Shown here: positions 43,470 through 53,559 of the stretch, piece by piece
Position numbering within the stretch: the stretch's first letter is position 1
Layout of the letters: the number at the start of each line of letters is the position of its first letter
Assembly (NCBI GenBank): GCA_964016885.1
Contig: OZ024740.1
Coordinates: 88,598,001-88,662,000, forward strand
DNA: 64,000 bases
Direction of reading: 5' to 3'
From: Eledone cirrhosa
Lineage: Eukaryota
Position numbers and translations under genes: made by a program
The notes under the pieces: generated by a model
Told to the model about the DNA's origin: nothing
Seen by the model: the letters and a program-made list of their open reading frames with translations, nothing else
The model's database searches: none

Positions 43470-45895
43470 ACAACAACAGCCATAATTACATTGATAGTAG
43501 TACACACAATAACAACGGTAGATTTAATGACAATCCTTTAGATAACCTGTTCTTCAACCCAGCTGACAAAACATACAAGATGAACAAAATGTATCCCACT
43601 AAATAAAAGAGTTTGTATACCACAACAAATAGATGACGAAACAGAGGCACAGTTTACCATAGCTAGAAATAAACTTAGACAGGTAGTAGACCAATATACT
43701 AAGAGACAAAGCAACAACCAACAACACGTAGACAGGACCACCAACAAGACCTGTATGCAGAGTCAATATTGCTAGCAACTACAGGATCTCCTACTTCCTC
43801 TCTATGGTTATACGCCCCATAATGAAAATCTCCCGTATATATGTGACAGCACTGAGGACCTCCTCAACAGAATCAATGAATGCAACAACAACAAAAACTT
43901 AACTAACTGCATAATAGGTAGTATGGATGTAATATCACTGTACCCATCCATTAACATTGATTTTACTGTGGAAAAATATGTGGAAATAATCAGTGAGATC
44001 GAAGTGGAGTTCTGCGACGTTGACACAGATGAACTGGGCCTCCTACTTAGACTTATGACACTTAATACCTAGATAATCATGAGATTAGCTGTTTCTGCCC
44101 CAGTAGAGCTATAAGAGGTAGATCCCCCTCCATAACCTCAATGGTTAAAAAGAATCCCATGGAAAGATGGAATGGGTGGACCAAAGTCATATGGACACCC
44201 ACCAACAATGATCAGGTTAGAAAAATGGTCACACATGCAATAGGGGCAGTATTAAAACTACCCTAAAGGACCCTATGTTTAAATTTAATGAAAAGATCTA
44301 CACCCAAGATGAGGGAGCAGCCATTGGCGTCAGCACAGCTGGCGATGTTGCCAATGTATTTATGGTATGGTGGGAGAGGAGACTCGGAGAACTCCTTGAA
44401 GAGAACTCCATAGACCTCGTCATGTACTCTCGTTACGTAGACGATATTAATATAGTAATAAGAACACCCCCACAAGAGAGTACTAATAAACATGAACTAG
44501 AAAATAGCACAATGGAGAGCATCCAGTAGATAGCTAATTCCATACACCTGAGTATAATTATAACTGTTGACTACCCTTACAAACACCCTAGCAATAGACT
44601 ACGAGTATTAGACACGGAACTCTTGATTAACACTATAGACGAGAGGGCCCAAATTCTCCAATCACATTATGCTAAACCCATGGCCACCAAATATCTGATA
44701 CTCAAAAACTCAGCAATGTCCAAAAGTACTAAGTTTAATATTTTGATAACAGACTTGGTAAGAGTGATGAAGAATGTGTCCCGCATGTGCGACCCAACTG
44801 GAATGGAAAGACGCATCCAACACTTCATCAATCGCATGCGGTTCATTGGTTACAGCCAAAGAGACAGAATCAGAGTATACAAAGGAGCCACGGAGAAATA
44901 TAAGACCCTCATAGAAATGGACATGAAAGGAATTTGCCCATTATACAGGAACACATCATGAAATAGCTTAGATAGGTCTAAACATAAGATAGGGAAAGCC
45001 ACTTCATGGTACAACAACCAGAGATACCAGAGTCTCATGGATGTCACCCCTGGAGCGAAATTAGCTAAGCAATGTAGAAAGACCCTAAGAAAGACCCTTA
45101 AAGACCCTAAAGAATAAAGTGCTAGAAAAGTCAGGAACCACCATAACATCCCTTATCAGCAAGACATACTTCTTTAAGAAAACCCACTCTACAAATAAGA
45201 AATGTATTATATGTAAAATGAACCCGCAGATAAATTGTAAAACTAGAAATGTAGTCTATAGCATGAGATGTACAGAGGGTACTTGCAAAAATATGACAAA
45301 GACAACGACATGTCAACGACATACATAGGTGAGACAGCTCGAAGCATAGCAGAAAGAATAGAGCAATAGTGGGGGGAATTAAAAGGAAAAAAAACGGTAC
45401 AGTACTATATGATCACGCCAGACAAAGACGGTTATATAGACAACATAGAATTAAAATAATATCGAAGCTTAGAAATGACTCAACAGGTAGGCAAATCAGA
45501 GAAGCAACTGAGATAGAACTAAGAAGACCGATGTTGAACAGAAAGAGCGAATGGAATAACAACAACAACCATACCCAAGCAAACAATACTGACTTAAGGG
45601 AAATATAAATAAATAAATAAATATATATACACACAAGTACAATAACAACAAACACATATAAACACACACTAGTGAACAAAGATAGAACACAAAAACAAAA
45701 ACACATACACTCAAACGCGAACACAAGCACAACACATTATACACACACGCAAACGCATGCACAGAGACAGCGACAAAAATAAATAAATAAATAAATAAAA
45801 TAAAAATGTCGTATACATTACAATACAATGGGAGGAAACATAATAGAACGGCTGACGATGTTGCAGATGTACGACGAAAGAACTTTGATAGATTA
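43470..45895 (+). pseudogene. Decayed PLE (Nematis/Neptune-type), paralog of 53537-56890, with an internal deletion and HHR remnant
   Basis: ORF pieces 44275-44529 (GAAIG, YSRYVDD), 44623-44961, 45119-45328, 45369-45608; lacks the segment matching ~54295-54640; CTGACGA..GAAA at 45852-45879. Confidence 0.9.
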
Positions 45896-45917
45896 TATAT
45901 ATATATTTATATCTGTA

Positions 45918-45976
<59 letters not shown>

Positions 45977-46037
45977 ATATTAGAATATCCCGTTAAGGGT
46001 GAAAGTAGCGATTCTTTGCTTAAACATTAATCTGTTA

Positions 46038-46065
<28 letters not shown>

Positions 46066-46068
<3 letters not shown>

Positions 46069-46430
46069 GACTAAAGAAATTAAAGAAATTATTTAGCCTG
46101 ATAGTGGGGTTAAGAACCCTCGGAGAAATAGAAACAGATGAGTATTGACGTACATGGGAGTCGAACCCACATCTTTGGTTATCCGGACCACTGTGCTACA
46201 ACACATTGGGTGATGTATTGGTGTAAATGGTAGCACAGTGGTCCGGATAACCAAAGATGTGGGTTCGACTCCCATGTACGTCAATACTCATCTGTTTCTA
46301 TTTCTCCGAGGGTTCTTAACCCCACTATCAGGCTAAATAATTTCTTTAATTTCTTTAGTCATAATACGGCGATAGCTTACATTTCTAATAATTTCAAACC
46401 CACTCGCTGTTTCGAAAATATTCTTACTTA
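46066..46430. mobile_element. Fold-back element in (TA)n with 134-bp perfect inverted arms and a tRNA-like head
   Basis: 46066-46199 is the RC of 46230-46363; the plus arm extends to 46430. Confidence 0.85.
46212..46283 (+). ncRNA. tRNA-like 72-nt cloverleaf (element-borne, not a canonical tRNA)
   Basis: Acceptor GATGTAT/GTACGTC, D-arm GTGT/GCAC, anticodon arm TGGT/ACCA with loop CCGGATA (no U33), T-arm GTGGG-TTCGACT-CCCAT. Confidence 0.75.
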
Positions 46431-46536
46431 ATATATATATATATATATATACACACATACATATATATATATATATTTATTAAAATAACAGACTAATGTT
46501 TAAGCAAAGAATCGCTACTTTCACCCTTAGCGGGAT

Positions 46537-46574
<38 letters not shown>

Positions 46575-47251
46575 AGTAATATGCTAATATGCAAATCAGG
46601 TCGGTCAGTCAATGTATATTTTAGAAAATATCATATATTTGCACTAGCTCTGACAGTTGGCAAGTGAACAGTGAATAGTGAACGGCACTGATGCAGGGTA
46701 ATACCCAGAAACATTAGTGTCTGCAGTTCTGTTTACATGCCAACACAAGAGTGAGAAAGAGGGGCTCATTCTACTGTCATGGCTTAAAATAGTCTTATTT
46801 GCATAATTGCAAACGTATCGAATATTATTATTATTAATATTCGTAAGACTCAGATTACATTTATATATATATTCATTTGGGTGTGAGTGTATCTATATAC
46901 ATTCATGTATATATACACACTAAACAAAGGCTCGCACACCCGTACGTCGACAACATTTTTGCGATATTTAATTTCAACAGAGCAATTTCAGTTGTTGAAT
47001 TAGATTATAACATATCGTTCATTTATTCTAGACAATTTATTGGGTAATTTAGATAGCGTTGTCTCACATTTAGAAGGATTTAAATTGTATTTTTCTTAAT
47101 ACATATTCGTATCTGGGTTTGAACACACACATATCCATGCACCACTCCCATATATAAATATATATCTCTATATATATATATATATGGAAAAGAATGAAAT
47201 TTCATTTCATTTCTCACTCTTAGTACGGCTGATACATACTTACACACACAA

Positions 47252-47311
<60 letters not shown>

Positions 47312-47319
<8 letters not shown>

Positions 47320-48748
47320 AGATCAAAAAATGGTTAAATGAGTTCCATGTATTTTATTATGCGCATTTAAAAAACAAATATCATCATGCAATAACATTTG
47401 TGTTTTCATCAGATAAAATAGGAGGACATGATATGAAGGTTAAAAACACTTGTGGATAGTGCAGTTTTAAATCAACATATGAAAAGTAGTTTTAGATTGA
47501 TGTGTGATATTGGGGAAACATTTTTTTAGTGGGGGGAGGTTGGAAAGGATGAAAAAGAGGAGGAGATGAGAGTAAAAAGTGGAGGGGGAGGTGTATAATG
47601 AGGAAGGATGAGATAGCAGGAGAGATGGCTGATAGAGAGAGAGAGATAGCTTTTATAACTGAGAAAAATATATTGTTTTACATAGTGAGGTTGAAAAACC
47701 GTTGGAAGATAATGTATAAATTAAAAGAATTTGAAAATTAACGAAGAGAAAAATAATGTAAAGTTAAGGTTTGTATATTGAAGGGTTTAATAATATGTGT
47801 GATGAAAAGAAATTGTTAATATGTATTAAGAATAATATTTAAGGGTTTAATAATATGTGCGATGGAAAGAAAATGTTGATATGTATTATTAAAAAAAACA
47901 GAAGTAATGTAAGTAAGGATATATTGTGAGATGAGCATGAATAAGTTAAATGAAAGTGAGAAAAAAAAATAAAGTATAGAGGATGAATAATCTAACGTAA
48001 AAAAAAATGTTTATGTTTACGAAGGATTTTTTCAAGGTGATATAAAGTAAGAATATAGTGTATTGTGTAATAATTGTTTCTATGTTAGGCACAGTGAGAA
48101 AAGGTACAGATTCGGGGTTAGAAATTAAAAGAAAAAGAAAAGAAAAAGAAAAGAAAAAGAAAAGAAAAAGAAAAGGAAAAGGAAGAAAGGGAAGTGATGA
48201 ATAGGAATGATATAGAATATGATAAATAACTTTGATATAAGGTAGAAAGAAGGGTATATTTTTAAAGAAGTATATATATACATACATATATATATATGGG
48301 CCTTTGAGAAAAGGATTCTGAATTGATAAAGTTTAGGATATTAGCTGTATACTTTATGGAAAGTTCTGTGGAATTTATGCAAGCAGATAGAAAACAAGTC
48401 AGTGCGTCTATTTATTATAGAATCTAAATTAGATATAATGGTACATTTTTCATTCAGACAGAGATTGCAAGTCTTGGATAGAGAACTGTTCAAGTATGAA
48501 TAAGCAGAGGAAACCTTTTTCCAAGAGATGTTATATTTAATATTTTTGTCTTTCAAGGACCATATGAGTTCTGAGAGAGCCGTGTTGGTTCTTTTAAGTT
48601 TATATTTAAAAGACAAATGATGATTATAAAGACGAGTTTTAAAGCAGGTGGAAGTGGAGCCAAAATAGGTGAAGGAATTGGTGTCAGTTATAACTTTACA
48701 TTCGTAAATTAAGTTTTTATCAAGACAATGGTTGTTGAGAGGACATTA
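47312..48748 (-). mobile_element. 3' end of a probable Hydra-type PLE (GIY-YIG C-terminus + ~1-kb 3'UTR, HHR at 47350-47420 with G12 mutated)
   Basis: CPLNNHCL..YFGST..FK.R..CNLCLNEK..INRRTDLFSICLHK; ends at (TA)n. Confidence 0.9.
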
Positions 48749-48751
48749 TCC

Positions 48752-51583
48752 CAGATAATGTATGAATTAATTTTCAAATTCTTTTAATTTATACATTATC
48801 TTCCAACGGTTTTTCAACCTCTCTAAGTAAAACAATATATTTTTCTCAGTTATAAAAGCTATCTCTCTCTCTCTATCAGCCATCTCTCCTCCTATCTCAT
48901 CATTCCTCATTATACTCCTCCCCCTCCACTTTTTACTCTCATCTCCTCCTCTTTTTCATCCTTTCCAACCCCCCCCCCACTAAAAAAAAATGTTTCCCCA
49001 ATATCACACATCAATCTAAAACTACTTTTCATATGTTGATTTAAAACTGCACTATCCACAAGTGTTTTTAACCTTCATGTCATGTCCTCCTATTTTATCT
49101 GATGAAAACACAAATGTTATTGCATGATGATATTTGTTTTTGAAATGCGCATAATAAAATACATGGAACTCATTTAACCATCTTTTGATCTTATATATTA
49201 TGTATACTCCAGTCCTACAAACTGTAGAGTGCTTCTTATCCGATATCTGCATTGCTTTATTGTACTACAATAAAACTCACCTCCTACATTAACTTGCTCC
49301 TTAACGGTTGAGCGCTAACTCTCACATTAGATACCTTTTGATGGTCCTTTACCTTTTTCTTCTACAACATGGATTATTACAACATAACCAATTCAACTAA
49401 AGACATTCCTATACCTGGTAAATCTGAATTCACCAAACTTCTAATTGAAAAAACTGACTCCTTTGTAAGAAGACTTAAATGGATAGCTTATTTCTATGAC
49501 CAGCGCCTAAAAGGGAACTTCTATACCAAGGAACATATCTTCCTCGATCATCTATTTAATTCTAGAAGAAATCCTCCTTCCAACAAAAATCTAGTGCAAT
49601 TCGAGGAAGAGTTAACAAATATTATAAACAATCTTAAATTCAAGAGATACCCTTACAAAGGACAAGAGCACCTTGTAAATCTCAAGAACACAATTTCAAA
49701 CCTAAATTCCTCAAAAAATGTTTTAGTCCACTCTGACAAAACCAATAATTTATATGGTATTTCCAAGGATAATTATAACAACCTTATCCTAAAGGAACTT
49801 AGGAAAAAATATCGTAAAACCAACCATGATAATTTAGAATCCATAAACTTTGAAGCCTCTGAGATTATGTCAAAACTTGGCATCGGAAAAAAAGACCGAA
49901 CCATTCCTCCCAAGAACTCCGAGGATAAATCTCAAGGATCACAAAAACAATTTTCGCACTTAACTACCTGTTAGATTAATCGCCCCCTCTAAATCAGATC
50001 TGGGGGTTGTTAGTAAAGCCATCTTGGATAGAATTATCCCACAGGTTCGTTCTAATTGCTCTTCTTTGAACTTAAATTTATGGTTTTGGTACTTCTGAAG
50101 TGATTGACTGGTTCAACAAATTGAATAATAAAAAACAAACTAAAATTTGTTCAATTTGATATTGCCAGCTACTATTCTTCTATTTCGCCTTCACTTCTCA
50201 ACAATGCTCTATCTTTCGCATTTAAATATTCTGACATCACCACAGATGAACTTCACATCATTCTCACCGCACGTAAAACCATCCTTGAGTTCAACAATGA
50301 ATATTGGACCAGAGCTGATACCTCTAACAACTTCGACATCACAATGGGAGCATCCGATTCATCCCAATTGACATATTTAATTGGTATCTTTATTTTGAAC
50401 TCTTTGAGTCGGAAAATTCCTCAACTTCGCAGTGGAATTTATCGTGACAATGGACTCTTTACTATCTTAAATTGCAACATAGTTAACCTTAAGAACAATA
50501 TACGTAATCTCTTTAACCAACATAACCTAAAAATTAATTTTGATAACAGCATCAAACTAGCTAATTTCTTGGATGTATCTCTTAATCTTGACACTGGCCT
50601 ATATTACCCTTACCATAAAAACAATGAGAACCTAAATTATGCTAATTTTAACTTTAACCACCCTACTAATATTAAGAATGCTATAGTTAGTAATATTGGA
50701 AAAAGATTATCTAACCTATCTTCTAATGAAAACATCTTCGATGCTAACGCCAATTACTATAATAACGCGCTTTCTAAAGCCGGCTATCCTGATAAAATCA
50801 AATATAATAAAGAAACAAATTCTAGAAAATCTTACAGTAGAATAATTAATCATGATCATTCCAATAACTTTAATAAAAGACCTAGATACAAAAACATAAT
50901 CTGGTATAATGCTCCCTTCTCCATCTCTATTAATAATAATATTCCTAAATTATTCTTTAGTGCCTTAAATAAATGCTTCCCTCCCTCACATATCTATAGT
51001 AAAATATTTAACAAACACAATATAACATTTTCCTATTCGACATCCTCCAACATTTCCAACATTATCTCTAAACACAACAATAAAATACTAAATACTAAAT
51101 CTCTTCCTTCCAACACTGAATATCATAATAATAGTAATAGTACTCCCGACGTCATTGTAAACCCTAGGCTAATTTCTGCAAACCCAAATACAACGTCAAA
51201 CACAACTTCGCTAAATGCTCTTAATCCCATTCTAAATCAAGAAACTATTATTCCTATCGCAAATAACTTCTCCAATCCAATTCCTTCTATAGATAACACT
51301 AGGTCACTCGTTAATAATCTCTCTAATTGCAATTGCAATTGCCCTGCTAAAAATAAATGTCCTCTCAACAACCATTGTCTTGATAAACACTTAATTTACG
51401 AATGTAAAATTATAACTGACACCAATTCCTTCACCTATTTTGGCTCCACTTCCACCTCCTTTAAAGCTCGTTTTTATAATCATCATTCGTCTTTTAAATA
51501 TAAACTTAAAAGAACCAACACGGCTCTCTCAGAACTCATATGGTCCTTGAAAGACAAAAATATTAAATATAACATCTCTTGGT
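48752..51583 (+). mobile_element. Inverted arm of the same PLE: pLTR + HHR + 5'UTR + frameshifted RT/EN ORF (49369-51583), 3'-truncated
   Basis: STKDIPIP..LIEKT..RRLKW.A, SDKT.NLY, LKDHK/RLI.PSKSDLG, FDI..YYSSI, F.ITMGASDS, IYRDNG, FLDVSLNL, IIWYNAPFS, CNC..CPL..CL, YFGST. Confidence 0.9.
49091..49161 (+). ncRNA. Type-I hammerhead ribozyme in PLE pLTR, intact core
   Basis: tattttat CTGATGA aaac-acaaatgtta..tgatatttgt-tttt GAAA tgcgca TA ataaaata. Confidence 0.85.
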
Positions 51584-51915
51584 AAAGCAACGAAAAGTTA
51601 GGAAAAAAGACTCAAGTCCCAGATTTCCATGAATATAAGTTCAGTGAAATCGTGAACGAGAGAGAATAAAGACCATCAAACCTAGTCGAAATGTGAGCAA
51701 GGAAGGAATTCCGCACAGGTCAAACAGGAGGAAGGAGTCTAGTCACTGATCGTTGCTTTACCATCTTTGTTTGTTTACAGTCTTGCTCGTTCCCTTTATT
51801 TACTTGTCCCAACGACTTTCTTTAGCCGTTGCTCGCACCAACCGGAGGTGTATGGTCTTTAAAGCGATGAAATACCAATGAAGGATGGAAGATCACTGAT
51901 GAAGGACTAACTTTA

Positions 51916-51980
<65 letters not shown>

Positions 51981-52006
51981 CTAGATATACGTGCATAAAA
52001 ACAGAC

Positions 52007-52085
<79 letters not shown>

Positions 52086-52296
52086 ATTTAAATATGTATA
52101 GTATATATATGTTGTATCAATATGGAGATATGTATAGTAATATTTAATAACATACTGGGTTGATTTTGCATTTAATATTTGTTTTATATAATCAAGTTTT
52201 CTTGCATTTTATTGTTGGGCAAGTTTCTATAAAGGATATAAACGATATATGTATATGTGTATTTATATATGTATATATACATATATACACACACAC

Positions 52297-52352
<56 letters not shown>

Positions 52353-52479
52353 GTGTGTGTGTATATATGTATAGACGCTACCAACCAATCAAAATTGTTT
52401 TGACCACAAGAATTTTTGCAACACCACAGTAGCGCTGGAGCCACTTTGTTAACATAAAAACAGGTAGAATCCCCAAAAC

Positions 52480-52679
52480 TAATCAGATCAGAGCAAACAA
52501 CACGGACACTCTATCTCAAAATTATTTTTGAAAAGCATTTAGAAATGCGCAACCGGTAAAAACTTAAAAACTTAAAACCACAACTGAATACTAACCCATA
52601 CAATTACTAATACTCTTTTATTCCTAATTAAACCATTTTTCAACTGTGAACAATTTGTCAGCATTTTCTATTCCGTTTA

Positions 52680-52684
<5 letters not shown>
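52480..52684 (+). repeat. Unclassified ~200-bp dispersed repeat; RC copy at 58072-58262
   Basis: CTCTATCTCAAAATTATTTTTGAAAAGCATT.AGAAATGCGCAACCGGTAAAA is shared. Confidence 0.7.
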
Positions 52685-52748
<64 letters not shown>

Positions 52749-52775
52749 AAGTATATATGTATGTATATATATATG

Positions 52776-52869
<94 letters not shown>

Positions 52870-53020
52870 ATACATAAATAGAGAAAGCCTTAAGCTATAC
52901 TCTGACTGGCAACCATCTCGCTCAACAAACTTTAGGATATACCTTAGTATAATCCCAATTATGTTTGGGGTGCTAACTATATGTATTTTGTGGAAAGCCA
53001 GCTGTATTATTTTATATGAG

Positions 53021-53084
<64 letters not shown>

Positions 53085-53089
53085 TTATT

Positions 53090-53139
<50 letters not shown>

Positions 53140-53142
<3 letters not shown>

Positions 53143-53310
53143 GATGATGACTGCCCCCTCTTTATCGAGTATGGCCATTGCACAATATACTATTATTAAT
53201 AATAATTAATTAATTCTATCGTGCAATGCCTGTGCGTGAAGATAATTTTTAAAGTGACGAAAGACTGTGCACTGAGCCAATCCCACTCTATGAGCGACAG
53301 TAGCTATAAC
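53140..53310 (-). mobile_element. Short RTE-related retroposon
   Basis: RC matches 22387-22640; shares AGAGTGGGA..GCACAGGCATTGC and TGGCC.TACTCGA with the 610-bp family. Confidence 0.7.
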
Positions 53311-53426
53311 CTGAAAAGAAGAAAAGATCAACATCATCGGTAACTACTGGGCTGCAGGTTTTATATCGGAGTTATGCCAGTTTCCTGAGTTGCCTCCTCC
53401 TAGAAGAATGCCCTGAGAATACATAT

Positions 53427-53458
<32 letters not shown>

Positions 53459-53474
53459 CACACACACACACACA

Positions 53475-53536
<62 letters not shown>

Positions 53537-53559
53537 CCATCTACAAAAAGATTAACCCT

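Noticed and set aside
46212-46283. Functional tRNA-Ser(GGA) gene
   Set aside because: No U33 or purine 37, no long variable arm, and it is embedded in a repeat family.
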